Of a stretch of DNA of 64,000 nucleotides, positions 20,751 through 35,830 are shown piece by piece (position 1 is the stretch's first letter; every line of letters starts with the position of its first letter). Where the stretch lies: the NCBI RefSeq assembly GCF_009914755.1, contig NC_060931.1; one strand, given 5' to 3'. The notes beneath the pieces are model-generated. The model saw only the letters and a list, made by a program, of their open reading frames with translations. It was not told where the DNA came from and did not search any database. The DNA comes from the human T2T-CHM13v2.0 reference genome, Homo sapiens. Both the position numbers and the translations under genes were made by a program.

Positions 20751-22695
20751 TAAGGAAGCACAGCTACAAGATTTGAAAAATAACCTTTTTTTTCAAACAA
20801 GGGCAAATCTAACATTTATTGGTTTCAAAGGGAAGGTAGAGAGAAAGATCAGAGTAAGAGAGTTTATTCAAAGAGACAATAACAGGGAAATTTTCAAATC
20901 TAGAGAAAGATATAAATATTCAAGTAAAAGAAGGTTATAATACAGATTTAATACAAATAGCACCATGTCCAGACATTTAAAGCTCAAACTCCCAAATGTC
21001 AAGGATACAAAAAATGTCCTAAAAACAGGAAGAGTAAAGAAAAGAAAAATAAAGGAGTTTCAGTACGTCTGGCAGCTGACTTTTTCAGTGGTAACCTTAC
21101 AGGTCAGAAGATAAACTTACATGATATATTTAAAGAGTTGAAGGAAAAAACAAAACAGAAAAAAAAAAACCCTTTTATCCTGGAATATTATATCCAGTGA
21201 AAGCCTCCAAACATGAAAGATAATTAAAGACTTTCGCATAGAAACAAAAGCAAAAGTAATTATCTACATCGGACCCATCATATAAAAAATGCTATAGGGA
21301 CTTATTCAACCTGAAAGAAAAGGATGTTAATGAACAGTATCATCAGGAGGTACAGAATTCAGTGGTAACAGCAAGTACACAGACAAATACAGAATATTAT
21401 AAGGCAATAATGGTGGTGTGTAAACTGCTAATATCTTGAGTAGGAAAAATAAAATTTAACCTATCTAAAATAATAACAACAGCAAGCATTTAAGACATAG
21501 ATGGTATAGTAAGACATAAATAGAAACAAAAAAATTAAAAAGTGAGGAGATGATGTTAAAGTGTAAAGTTCTATTAGCTATCTCTTTGCTTTTTTGTTTG
21601 TTTTTGCAATCTATGTTGTCATCAGTTTAAAATAACAGGTTATAAGATATTTGCAAGCTTCAGAGTAACCTCAAATCAGAAAAACATACAACTGATACAC
21701 AAAAACATGAAGCAATAAATGTTAAAATACCACCAGAGAAAAGCACTTTCAGAGAAAGGAAGAAAGAAAGGAAGAAAAAAGAAACAACAAAACAAACAGG
21801 AAATAACAAAATGTCAGGAGTAAGTACTTACTTAGCAATAATAGCATTGAATTTAAATAAACTAAACTCAGTAATCAAAAGACATACAGTGGCTGAATGG
21901 ATAAAAATCAAGTTCCAATGATCTGCTACCTACAAAAAACATGCTTCACCTATAAACACACACAGAGATGGAAAATAAAGGGATGGAAAAAGATATTCCA
22001 TGCAAATAGAAAGCAAAAAACAAAAAAAAAAAAGCAGGAGTAGCTATACTTGTATCAGATAAAATAGATTTCAAGGCAAAAAAATATATAAAAAGAGACA
22101 GTCATTATGTAATGATAAAGAGATTAATTCAGGAAGAAGATAGAACAATTCTAATATATATACACAATGCTGATATATACGTACCTACAAACACCCAGAT
22201 ATAGAAAGCAAATATTATTAGAGAGATAGATTTCAATATAACAATAGTTGATGAGTAAACACTCCACTGTCAGCATTAAACAGATCATCCAGACAGAAAA
22301 TCAACGAAGAAACTTTGGACATAATCTGTAATGCAGACCAAATGGAACTAATAGATATTTGAAGAACATTTTATCCAACAGCTGCAAAATACACATTATT
22401 CTCCTCAGCACACAGATAATTCTCAAGGAAAGACCATGTGTTAGGCCTCACAACGAGTCCTAAAAAATTTAAAAAATACTGAAATCACATTTCCTCTGAT
22501 CAGAGTGGAATAAAACTGGAAATCAATAACAAGAGGAACTATGGAAACCACGCAAATACAGGGAAATTAAACAATATACCCCTAATGACCAGTAGGTCCA
22601 TGGAAAAAATAAGAAAGAAATTTAAAAATTTATTGAAACAAATGATAATGGAAACACAACTTACCAAAATGTATGGGATATATCAAAAGCAGTAA
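20751..22695 (+). mobile_element. L1M ORF1 3' half, inter-ORF region and ORF2 endonuclease (continuation of the 18807 element); ends abruptly
   Basis: aagggcaaatctaac..., tggcagctgactttttcagtgg (ORF1); atcaaaagacatacagtggctgaatggataaa and aaactggaaatcaataacaagaggaac (EN). Confidence 0.82.
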
Positions 22696-22699
22696 TAAT

Positions 22700-24595
22700 T
22701 AATTATATTTTACCTTTTTTATTTCTTCTTGAACCCTCTTTCTTTATGTAGATCTGAGTTTCTGAACAATATGATTTTCTTCTCTCTGACCCATTGTAAA
22801 CATTTATTGCAAGACAAATCTACTGTCAAATTCCCTCAGTTTTTGTTTTACTAAGAAAGACTTTATTTCTCTATCACTTTTGAAGAATAATCTTACTTGA
22901 TACAGAATTGTAGGTTGATGGTTGTTTCTTTCAACACTTTAAATATTTCACTCCGCTCTCTTTTTGGTTGCAATGGTTTCTGAAGAAAAATCCAATATAA
23001 TTCCTACCCTTGTTCTTCTGTAGATAAGGGCATTTTTTTTTTCTCTAGCTTCCTTCAACATTTTTTCCTGTCTTTGATTTTCTGCAGTTTAAATATAATA
23101 TGCCTAAGTATAGCTTTTTAGTATTTATTCTTCTTGATGTTCTCAGAAACCCCTGAGTTTGTGCTCATATCTGTCATTAATTTTGCAAAATTCTGTTATG
23201 ATTACTGCAAACATTTCTTATTTTTTCTACCCTATTTTCTTTTTTGTATTTTCTCTATTCTGTTTCTGGTATTTTCATTATACATGTTATGCATTTTGAA
23301 TTTGTTCCCAGTTCTTTGGTATTCTGTTCTATCTTTTCTCTTCCTTTTTTCTCTTTGGCTTACAGTTTTGGAAGTTTCTTTTTATTTACAATATTCTAGC
23401 TCACTGATCTTTTCCTTTTTCATGTGTAGTCTAGTGATGAGCTCATCCAATATATTTTTAATTTCTCCTAACAGTATTTTGATTTCTAGCATTTCATTGT
23501 GATTTTTTAGTTTTCATCTCTTTGCTTACAATAACCATGTTGTATATTTTTCTTATTTGATCCCTTAGAATATTTATCTTAGCAGTTTAAATGTCTTATG
23601 TGATAATTCCAATTTCTGCCATATCTGAGTCTTTATCTAATGTTACTTTGTCTCTTCAGACTGTGTTGTCTTTGAGCATTCCTGTAATTTTGTTGAAAGC
23701 TGGAAGTGATGTATCCAGCAAAGGGGACTGATATAGACAGAACTCTGGTGTGAGATCTTATATTTATTCAGCTAGAAATTAAATTGTTTTTAGTGTTTGC
23801 TGTAGTTATGGTGTGTCAGAGGCTAAAATTTCTCCTAGTGTACTTGCTTTTGTCTCCCTCATTGTCAGCTAACTTACCTAGAGACTTTTTATATAGTTAA
23901 ATAGGGTTTGAGGCTTTAAGGTTTTTAAGTTATAAACCCTACTGTCATACAGGAACCCTACTGATGTGGTGGTAAGGTGTGGGACATTGTGAAACATTAT
24001 ATAATTTTATGATTAGGTACTCAACCTTTTAGTGAGCCAGAGTTGGGTATTTCACATCCCCCAAATCAGTTCGATTCTAGAAAACTTCAACCAGTTTGGC
24101 TTTGGCTAAGTAATTTCATTTGAGTTATGCCATGTTAAGGTGAGTGGAAATATCTGTGTTTATTTCACAATGGTTACCTTTTCCTCTCCGGCTGCTTGGA
24201 ATGCACATTTCGCAGATTTTTACTGTGAGGGCCTGGTTGGACTCCTGAAGGTAAAACTCATGAAACTGTGGCTCCTACCAAGACTGGGCTCCTATGAGAT
24301 TTTAATTTTCAAGCTAGTCTTCACTGACCCTCCAGCCATTTCTCAATCACAATTTAGTTTCCTTACTTTTGTTGGCTACAGTTGTGGGCTTTAGTCCCCA
24401 GGCTTTTGCTCCTGGTAAGTTGTAATTCTCCATATCTACTTGTCTGTTTCTTTGGTTTTCGGGATACAAGTTTGTCTATGATCTTAATTCTCTGATGAAT
24501 CTAAGAAGAGTTCTTGACTTTTCAGATTCTGCAGGTTTTTCTGGTTTGATAAGATGGACATAGTGACTTTCAAGCTCTTTCTATGTCAGGTGGGA
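22700..24595 (-). mobile_element. Old L1M (L1MC/MD-like) 5'UTR-ORF1 region
   Basis: T-rich antisense ORF1 motifs (tcacttttgaagaataat, gatgaatctaagaagagtt); same family as 57780-60390. Confidence 0.7.
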
Positions 24596-25569
24596 AGGCA
24601 CTAGGTGCTTTCTTTTAATATTTAAAAAGTCAAAACAAATTATAAAGTCCATGCAATTATTGACCAAAGTAGAACTTCAATTAATATATTTGTAAGATCT
24701 GCTTCATTATCTTAGAATTTAATAGACAACTGGGGCATAAACTCTATTAGGACATTATGAAGTGTGTTTATCTTAGGCAATTGATTCCTTTATCATAACT
24801 CATCATCTATACAAGTCAAAATTTATAGGAGTGGTTTATGCTTCCTGTCAAAGAAATTTAATGTAATATTAACCAGAATTCAGATTTTAACGTTAACATC
24901 AATTTAAATTTTGGAATGATTTAGTGAAGCTACTAAAAGAATTTAGTTCGCTTTAGAGAACATGGGAAGCTCTTGTTGGCTTTAGAAACATTTTTAATAA
25001 TAAAATTAAAATGTAAATGTCCTGAAGCTCAGGAGATATTGAGATCTTAAGATAAATAAGGAAATAGGTTTTAAATACTGTCATGACACAGGTGATAATG
25101 TTTCTTACATCCTACAACTTGCATTTTTGCAAATGCTCCATGGGTCCGATGCCTACAGCAGTAAATTATTTAACTATCAGCTCATAAATGACTGGAAATT
25201 AGTTGGAGGTTAATTCTTTGCCTCATTGCCCCCCCGCCTCAAATGGACAAACAGTAATTCATTTTGGTGGCATTCACAAAGTATTTTACCCTATTGAATA
25301 ATGGAGTAGCACTCCCTGAGACGTCCCCTGGATACCAGATACAATTAAGTGGATATCAATGAGATGTCATTAAGATTTTATGCTTGTGCATATAATCAAT
25401 CTGTGCCTACCTTTCGCAGTTGTATTGCTTTAGGGGAACTATAAATTCTAGCATTTCAAAATGCTTTATATGTTCGACCAAATATTTTTTACTTAAGTAA
25501 AATATCCTGAATAGATCATGCTAAGTTTATTGAAGGCAATAAAGCCAGCATTGAATCCACTAGGGGCAT

Positions 25570-26040
25570 TATGGTAGGCAGAATTTTTACTTCCCTCTCC
25601 CTCTCTAAAAGATATCTACTTCCTAATCTCCTAAAACTTACATGGCAAAAGATTTTGAAGGTGTGATTAATTAAATCTTGAAATTGGAAAAATGTCTTGG
25701 GTTATACAAATGAGCCCAAATGAGATTTTTGTAGGTAAAGGAGAAAGACAAGAGGGTTGGAGTTTGAGAGAAAGTTGATGATATTATGCTTTTAGCTTTG
25801 AAAATAGAAGAAGGGACTATGAGCTAAGGAATTCAAGTGGATTTCTGGAGCTAAAAAAAAAGAAAGATAACTGATTCTCCCCTGGAATCAACAAAAGAAA
25901 TGAAGCTCTGTTAACAATTTGATTTAGACCAGTAAAACTTACTGTGTACATCTGACCTCCAGAGCTTTATGAGGAATTTGTGTTGCATTAAGCCACTAAA
26001 TTTGTGGCAATTCGTTACTGAGGCAAAATAAAATACTACA
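25570..26040 (+). mobile_element. MLT1 (C/D-like) MaLR LTR
   Basis: tatggtaggcagaat...ttacatggcaaaag...taagccactaaatttgtggcaattcgttac. Confidence 0.8.
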
Positions 26041-26089
26041 CACAGAATTGAAAAATTATGGGATACTCTTGATGATGAGAGCAACATAA

Positions 26090-26330
26090 AAATGAACAAT
26101 TGCTGAGTTACTACTGTGTGCTAAGCAGTAAGTCTAATACATTTTATGTACAATTTAACAATCATCAATTATTTATATATAGGTTTGGCGATTATTTCCA
26201 TATTACAAAGTCAAAATAGAGACCTTGAGAGTCTATATAGCTGGCTCAAACAGATGTAGTAAGACTAAAGCTAGAATTCTAACAAAGGAAGTCAGATAGG
26301 GAAGACAGTGTTCCAAGGCACTAAAATACA
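26090..26330 (-). mobile_element. MIR remnant
   Basis: tgagttactactgtgtgctaagc...attatttccatattacaaag core-like sequence. Confidence 0.5.
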
Positions 26331-28338
26331 TGATTTTCCTCTATAAAATGTTTTGTTTTTACATAAAGGCTAATATTGAGCTAATATATTCATTGCAGTG
26401 CCTCCACCAAAGGCACCTGTAAGGATTAAATCCAACTCCTGTCTTTAGGACTACCAAAATAGTAGAAAAGAAAAATTCAAAACAAATTACAGTCTTCTAT
26501 TCCTATGATACTAGAGTAGAGATTATGAAAGCTACACATTAAAAAGATACTATGCCTGTCTTCAGGAATTGTATACTATTTGAAAATAAAAACATCTGGA
26601 ATATTCATATACACTTTTCAGTATTTAATTAAAGTCTGTTCTTGGGTATTAGCCCTTGGGCTAGCATTTCTATATGCAATTTAATAGTTGGGAAGAAGGG
26701 ATGACATAGTGTTTTGTAAAGTATCCATACAATGAGGGGAATTATTAAATCAAATCTAGGCCCCACCACAGCTCTCAAGCCTAGGAAGTCTATTGAAATA
26801 TCCCTTAATTTACTTCAATTTTATTTAAATACCCCCCTTCTGAATCGTTCATACAGTGAAGGTTTGTGAATCTGAAACAGGAGAACTATTGGAGCTAAAT
26901 TTACGTATAAATAATTCAAGACATGGAGTGCTTCAAAGCATCAATTTCTTCACTGAAAAAAAAAGATATAAAAATGTTTACTTTTATGATTAGTATGTTG
27001 TTTAAAGGATTTAATGGACATATTACACCTAGGACAATGCCAGAAACTCAAATGTACAAATAAATAATGCTTCTACTATTTTGTAGTTTATATTTTTTAA
27101 AGTAGTCATTAGTATAAGCTCCAATTTCATCTCAGTTCATGAAGTTTGTGTAATATAATTTAGGTCATTTTTCTGTAAGTGTCACCAACTAAGTTTGCCT
27201 GATTAAATCCTGTGCTCCTTTCTCTTTTAAAAATTGTTTGTTTTTCCTTTGTTCTCTTCTCTGAACTGTGTTTGACAAAGTTGAGCACAGTCCTTAGAGG
27301 CTGGATACAGCTACTAATAGGTCTAAGAGCTGGAGTGTAATTGTTCCTCAATTCTATAGCTTTACTAGGAGACTATTATGGTTTTCTTCAAGCTATCCCA
27401 GAGCTGACTGTTTAAATAATGAAATTGTTTCAAAATAGATTTTTACTGACAATTTTCCCCTCAGTAATTAGGCCTGTCCATGAACTGCCTCTATGAACTC
27501 GGTTTGCTTTTCTTCTTTTAGGAGGCTGATGGCTGTCTGAGGTTGTTCAGAGATGCTGAAAAGAATTAAGTATAATTTCTTCCTCCCTTGACGACCTCTT
27601 AATATGAGTAGTTGGTTTTCACAGACAAAATGTAGCAGGAAAATATTCTCAAATAATTTATTCTGACATAATAAAGTGTATGTTATCATCGTTCCTTTCA
27701 CATTTCATTCTTGAGATGATTACAAGGGTATTTTTATTTTGTGACATCTTTTTGTCTTATAATTTTAGCAAAAATGCTACCTCATATATTACTTCAATTT
27801 GGCTACTCTGTATACACGGTGGTTTCTTTCTATGGTTCACAGCCTTGTATTTGATTATAATTTAATAAATGTTGTAATAAATACATAATTAATCAAAATG
27901 TAGAACATCTAAAACAGTCTTAAAAAATGTTTCCAGAACCTAATTTAGTCTATACGTCATCTGATTACTGAAAAATATTAATGTTTTCTCAGCAGCAGGA
28001 ACAATCTATCTCTCATATTTGACTCAACTATACTCACTGAAAAACCTTTTCTGGATGTCTGGATCTTTAAAAATGGGAAGTATCATTCCTAGTAATGACT
28101 TTGGTACTTCAATGATGATGCATTTAAAAGTGCAGATGGTATTATCAGGCAGCAAAGAGTTACTGTATATTTACTTTTTATTATTATGAAATAGAATATA
28201 CCACAAATAGCAATGCTTCCTTAGTGTAAGATGTGTTCTTATGATGTACAGTTGCCAAACAGTTAATAATTATAAATTAACTAATTAAATGGTGAAAATT
28301 TGCATCCAATGTGAATATATAATAAATGTAGCATATAA

Positions 28339-28714
<376 letters not shown>

Positions 28715-31178
28715 CACAAAACAACATTTCTTTAATGTGCTCAGATACAGTATTACTATATTATTCTATATATTTTGCTAGAGATGTTAATGACACAAAC
28801 TGAGTTCATTGCAATTATGTTTACTTTACAGATGTGAAAAGAGACAAAAATATAATATGACTCATGGTGTTCGGTGGCAAAAATAGGGTAGTTCTCATTA
28901 TTGTGAACACATTTAATGTCTTATCCAGATTAAATATGCCTCAGCAAAAGTGCTTTGATGAAATGTTTTGTAATGGACATACATTGTAATTACTGATGTG
29001 ATTTTCCCTCTTATATAGGTATAAATTAGACCACATTAAAAGTAACCAAGAGCATTTCACTATCTATGTAAACTAGAATATCAAATTCCTTCAAATTTCT
29101 CTCTTCAAATTATTTATTCGTCCAACAGGGGTATGTCACAAACATAATCCTTTTGTGTCCTTTTACTCCAGCCTCCCTCATTGACTTCTGTCTCAGAAGC
29201 CAATTGAGATGGTATTCTGCTACTGCTACCAGTCCTCCATTATAACAAAGGAAAGCTTTGATAAAAGTCCTTCTGTTCCTTGACATGTCATGGTTTTAAG
29301 CCATGCCCTATTCTACCTTGAAGTGGAAAGAACTCTCCTGTCTCTACCTGCCCCATACTTTGTTACCTGGGTATCAAAATAGTACAACTGCTTATTTATT
29401 TATTTTAGCAGACTCTCTCTTTACATGTTCTCTCCAGACAATGTATCCGAGAGGCTGTGGTGACATGTGAGTTTTAACTACTTGAGACAAATAACACACT
29501 GGCTTCCAGGGCTTCAGATGATCTTCCACCTTGTAAAAACTCTCTTTCAGCAGCAAACTTTACATCAGATTCCTCTAGGGTGCCTCTATTTGCTGTATCA
29601 TTACATAAGTCTAGTATTTCAGAGTCAGACATGAGATACAAGCTCTATCTACAAGGAAACTTCATTGAAAGGAAATCATAAATTACTTTTAAAGTTGTCA
29701 TGTTTGTATCCTGTTCAAAGGCTAATGAAAAAAATTGACAAAAGAAAAATACTTACACCGTGTTTTTATATCTTGCGATTGGAATGTTCAATATTTTTAT
29801 GAAATAAGCTTTATAAAAGAGAAGTCAGTGTGTCTCATCTCCATTTCTAGGATCAGCTGACTTAATCTATTCATTACTTAGTGCTTTCAAAAAGAAGATA
29901 ATTTTGTTTTCCCTGGCAACGGTAAATCTCCTAAAAATAGTTTGAAGTTCAGAATTATTTTTATATCTTTATATACTCTCATTTTGATATAAGTTGATTA
30001 ATAGCCTAGTTTTTAAAGCACAAAATGATTGTTATTTTGTTCTCATGACACTTTTTTTCTAATAATTCAAGGCATGCTCATGAATTCAATGAAAATGTGA
30101 AAAATATTACTTTTTATTCTAAAATTTTTGCATCACTTATCTCTAAACCATGTTTGCATTCTTATCAATCTTTTTAACTAAAGGTGTAAAAGAAATCAAT
30201 ATAGATACATAATGATTAAGAAACCTTTAGAGATTTTGCCATATGAAACACAATATTATTGAATATTATTTCTTTCAATTTCTGTTGCCTTCTGTGTCTT
30301 TCTAGGAGGTAATTGTAAATACAAATCCATAGTTAATATATATATTTAGAATATCTATGTCTACATCATCTATCTCTACCTATTATATGTCTGTCTATCT
30401 ACCAATGTAATTATTATTGAGACCATAAATAGTGGATGTGTGGGATGAGAGGAACCTGAGTACAAATTTCTGAGTAAAACCAGTGTAGAAACAAAAGTGA
30501 TGAAAAAAAGAAATCCTGTGTGTGATTAAGCTGTAATGGTTAAACAGGTAGGAGAAATTAACAAAGAGGGAGAGACATGTCAAATTGTACATATAATAGA
30601 AGTGTGCAACTTCTATTCCCTTTAAACGTTTTTCTCTGTTATGCATTGGCCACAATATACATTTTATTTTGTTTGTTTGAAATCATTACCATGGCTGCCA
30701 CTCAAAGTGTATCATCTTCCTGCAATTATGTACATATTTGCTTGTTAAATTAAAGAAAAATTCTCAAATAACTGTTGTTTCTCCCTATACTTTGAATGTT
30801 AACAATAAAACATCATATTGATATGATCCTTTTTATGAATAATACATTTGACAGGTTTCGCTTGATCAAATTGCATGACACACTGTAAATCAGATAGGAC
30901 AATTTGCAAATATTTCGCTTGCATTATTTTTCACAACTGCAGGCAAAGACTTATCAGCATGACTTGTCTCATAAAATCACAAGGCTTTCACATATGTTGA
31001 CATCTAATTTTTTCAGGAATTGTTCTTAGAAAGGGATTTTAGAAATAAGGATACTTTGTATTCCATTTATTAGAAGACTCACTTCTACTGAATCTATTCT
31101 TATATTCATTATACTTTTATAGAACAGAGGAAATTTAGTGAACACTAAACATCTGTTTCTTCTATTTCACATTTTCAG

Positions 31179-31262
31179 GTGTAAAGTTTTGAGATCACTT
31201 AGACTGATAAAATATCTAAAATGTCATCTGTTTTGGAGTCTTATATTTTCACTTTTACTCAG
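31179..31262 (+). other. Weak candidate internal exon (84 nt)
   Basis: ctaaac branch-like motif, pyrimidine tract tctgtttcttctatttcacattttcag, donor CAG|gtatga; one open frame but no recognisable protein. Confidence 0.2.
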
Positions 31263-32088
31263 GTATGAGATGAAGGCTTTAAAAAAACAGTATTTCTTTT
31301 TATATTAAATATAGAAATGAATAATATGTGTGTCCATGATACGTATTTTACCAATCATGATTTGAATATGGAAAACAAAAACAGTACAGATATTTTGTGC
31401 AAAGATTATTTCTATTTGCAGGAATTCCAAACCTTTAAACAAGTAGGTTGTCTATCCTTTTCTTTTTCTTACTAATAGTCAATGAGTAAGCAATGTAAGT
31501 AATAGCTTTTCATTTTCCTTAAGCCAATCCCAATCTCAAAATCCTCCTATTCTCAAAATAAGTATTTAGTGCCAAAGCAGCAAAGTTATTTCAGATACCT
31601 TCCTTTTGAACCCAAGCTAAATTTTCACTTATGGATCTTTTTAGCCTGATAAATACATTTCTTTCTTACTTAGGCCGAATTCTGTAAAACAAACAAACAG
31701 AAATATTGGAGTTTTATGAGCACATATGAATTCTTCTAACAGTTTAATTTTCTTTTTTCTCTCTCTAAATCAGTGAAAATTATCATAAACCAAAATGAAG
31801 TTGGATGTTTCAGTTACCTACCTCTTTACTTCTTACAGAAACAATCAATGGGTTCATCAACAAGCTGAGTCTCCTGCATCCAGCAATTACAATTACTTAA
31901 TAGGTGATGAAAGGCAAGGCTAGTCACCAGTAATCTTTAACCTGGCTCCTGAAGGGCACAGTAGTAGGTGCTGTGTCTACACACTCACCTAGCATCAATA
32001 GGGCAGAGTAGGGTGGTTAGAAGTTTGCTGCAGCTTCAAAAGGGTCTTTTTGATTAAAAAAAAAAAAAAAAGAAGAAGAAGACTTTCG

Positions 32089-32393
<305 letters not shown>

Positions 32394-32399
32394 GGATTT

Positions 32400-34000
32400 T
32401 AAAGAAAATGTCATAAAAATGTTTCAACAAGCAATGACATATTTGTTTGAAAAAATAAAAATCTTAGGAAAATAGAAGTCATAAAAAGAATCAAACGGAA
32501 ATTATAGAATTGAAAAATAAAATAACACCAACAAAAATGTGCTGAATTTGCTCAAGAGCACAATGCGGATGATAGATAGTATAATCAGTGAGCTACAGAT
32601 CAATAGAATTTACACAATGTGAAAACCAGAATATAAACTGAAAAAAAAAAAAAGATGTCTCAGGGATCTGTGTAAAAACAGCAAAAGAACTAACACTCAT
32701 AGCATGGGGGAAGATAACATGAATAGTTGTATATATTCTCCATATCTAAGGAAATGAGAGAGACTGAAAAAAATATTCAAGGAGATAATGGCTAAAACGT
32801 CCAAAATTTAGCGACAGATATGAATGATTTCAAAGTTGAGTGAACCTCATACAGAGTAAAATAAGTTCAAACCAAAACATCATAAACTTCTGAAAACGAA
32901 ATACAGAGAAAAATTTTGAAAGCAGCCAAAAGGTAACAGCATATTACTTATATAAATTTGCAGTAGGTTTCCTATCTAAAACTATTAAGGTCAGAAGGAT
33001 GTGGTACAACATCAACTACGGAAAGAAAAATACTGTCAACTGTGTTTGATAGCTGCTGAAATGGTCTTCAGGAATGAAAAGGAAACAAAGAAATTACAAG
33101 GAAAGATAAGAAAAAAAGTTGTTACTTCTAAAGAATGGCTAAAGAACTTTTTAAACAGAAGAGAAATGAAAGCAGAAGTTTTAGAAATTCAGGAATGAAA
33201 GAAGAACACAGAGTTGGGTAAAAACATCTGTAAATATATTTTCTTCTCCTGGGTTTCTTAAATCATATTTACAGGTTGAAGCAAATATTATAACACTACA
33301 TGATGTGGTTCTCGTGTATAGAGGAAATACTTAAGTCAGTTATATTTTAAAAGTCAGAAGGGTAAAGCAATTTAATGGAAGTAAGGTTTCTATACTGTAC
33401 TCGAAGTAAAATGCCAATGCAAGTACATTGTGACATAAAATATATGTTGTGTATATATAACGTAATATTGTTATGTTACATAATACTAAATATATAAAAT
33501 AATACATAATATGTACATTATATACATTCACATATGTATATAATCTCTGTATTTTTCACAACTACATATAAAGCTAATCTTACATCAAAATAAAAATTTC
33601 AATAACTGACATAAAAAGTAGAGGCAGACAAATCCACAATTATAGTAGGAATACACACACCTATCCAATTGCTAGTAAGACAAGCAGAAAGACAAACCAC
33701 CAAGGATAAAGAAGATCCAGACAACACTAATAAGTTTACCCAGCATCTGTATAGAGAACACAGCAATCAATAATAACAGAACTCACATTCTTTTAAAGAA
33801 CACTTGGTTTGATTTTCCAAAGTTGATAACGTACTGAGCCATAAAAACACCTAAATAAATTTTAAAAGATTGGACTCATTTGTCTTGTTCCCTGTAACCA
33901 CAATGGAATCAAATAGAAATCAATAACAGAAAGGTAACTAGGAAGGCCATAATCTTCTTAAAGTTAAACCATATATTTAAAAATAATCCATGGTGGAAAT
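32400..34000 (+). mobile_element. Old L1M ORF1 and ORF2 endonuclease fragments
   Basis: aattttgaaagcagcc, agacaaatccacaattatagtagg and caatggaatcaaatagaaatcaataacag motifs. Confidence 0.7.
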
Positions 34001-34129
34001 TTGAGCCATTTCAAACAAATTATCTATCCCAAAAGATTTCTCACTTGAGTATCAACATTTCCTATTATACATACATAATATCAACAATAGATAACTGATA
34101 TAAGAACATACTAACTATATGTAATTCTA

Positions 34130-35830
34130 TGTTAACAGGCTTTTTGTCTTTATGCATTTTTAAGTTATTATTTCATTGCTTTTTTGGATGTTTTTTGCTA
34201 ATTTCTATTGGTTACTCTTCCCTTAATTTCCTTACGTGTAATGGTACGTTTTTTTCTGGCCAATTTTAAATTGTTTTATTCAAGGATTTTTATAATAATT
34301 TTATTTTAATGCATCTTGGTATTTCTTTGTTTATTTTGCTTATTGTTCATTGAGCTTAGTTTATGAGTTAATTTTCTTCATTGAGTCTGGAAGTTTTAAA
34401 AAATCATTTATTCAAATATTTCTTCTGCCCCCGCCCCCTTAAAGAACTCCAATTACAGAGATATTGAACTACTAGCTATTCTCCCACAAGTGACTGAGTC
34501 TCCCTTTAGTTTCCTTTTTTTCTGCCTTTCCCCCCTTGATATTTCAATTTCAAAGGCTTCAAATGCCCTCTTTTTCATTGAAACATTTTCTTCTATATTA
34601 TACAGTTTGATATTAAGCCTGTTGAGGAATTTTTTTTCATTTCAGGTATTACTGTTTGAGATCTGGAAATGTTATGTTTTGAATTACAATATCTTCTATT
34701 TCTATAATCACTCTATTCATGCTTTTCTTTAAATTCTTTTTTTTTTTCTTTTTTAGAAATGGGGTCTCACTTTGTTGCCCAGCATGTAGTGAAAGAGTGC
34801 GTTTATAGTTTGCTGCATGCAGCCTCTAACTCAAGTGATCCTCCCACATCTGGGACTGCAGGCACTTGTCACCAGGCTCACTATGTTTCCAGGGCTGGTC
34901 TTGAAACCCTGGCCTCAGTGGATCCTCCCACCTTGGCCTTTCAAACCGCTGTGATTACAGGAATGAATCATCACACCTGGCTCCTTTAAATTCTTGAATA
35001 TCTTTTAAATATATATTTTAAAGTCCTTGACTGACAATACTACCATCTTAATTTTTGGTTCTGTTTCTACTGATTGGTTTTTCTCATAGTTGTGTGTTAC
35101 ACTTCTTGCTATTTTGAATATCTATTAATGTCATTATTGTACACTGGATATTTTGAACGGGTACGTTTTCTTTTAAAAAGTATTTTCAGATAGTTAACTT
35201 ACTTTTGCATAAACTTGACTCATCCAGACCTTCTTTTCTAAACTTTTTAGAGTACAGAAAGGATAGTTATTACTCTAACGCAACTCTAGCTATACTCAGG
35301 TTTTCAACAATATCTCTTTTCTGTGGCTAATTGAGACTCCAGCATCTCCCAGGATTTCACAAACTCTTGTTCTCCAGCTTATTGCTCCATGATAGTTGTT
35401 CTTGGATCGCCACTGTGGAATCTCATTCTCAATATGTACAAGGTAATATTTAGCAATAATCCAAAAGATACTCAAACACATTTTTTCTTCTTCTTTATTT
35501 AAGTAGGTCTCTCCTTTCTGCCTTTCTGGTACTCTTACTTGAAAACACCAACTGTTTCTCCCCTTGTCCACCACTTCCACTATACATCAAAAGAAAAGAC
35601 AAAAGAAAAGAAAAGAAAAAAAAAACTTTATTATCTCCCCCTGGCTTTTATGGTCTAGAAAATGCTGTCGGGAGCAAACATGGACTGCCATAGTGGTTGC
35701 CTCTCTTTTAAACAATCTCTCAAGACTAATATTCCATTTGCCTGTTTCCAATTTCTAAACATCTTTTTTTCCCAATATATTTTGTCCAGTTTTCTTTATC
35801 ATGGTCAGAAAATGCTAATTGCAACTGATC
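34130..35830 (-). mobile_element. Old L1ME-like ORF1/5' region, interrupted by an AluJ
   Basis: T-rich antisense L1 motifs (attcaaatatttcttctgccc, aactccaattaca). Confidence 0.55.
34736..34983 (-). mobile_element. Degenerate AluJ with internal deletions
   Basis: Both arms recognisable (gtgatcctccca; ggatcctcccaccttggcc); TSD tttaaattctt on both sides. Confidence 0.85.
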
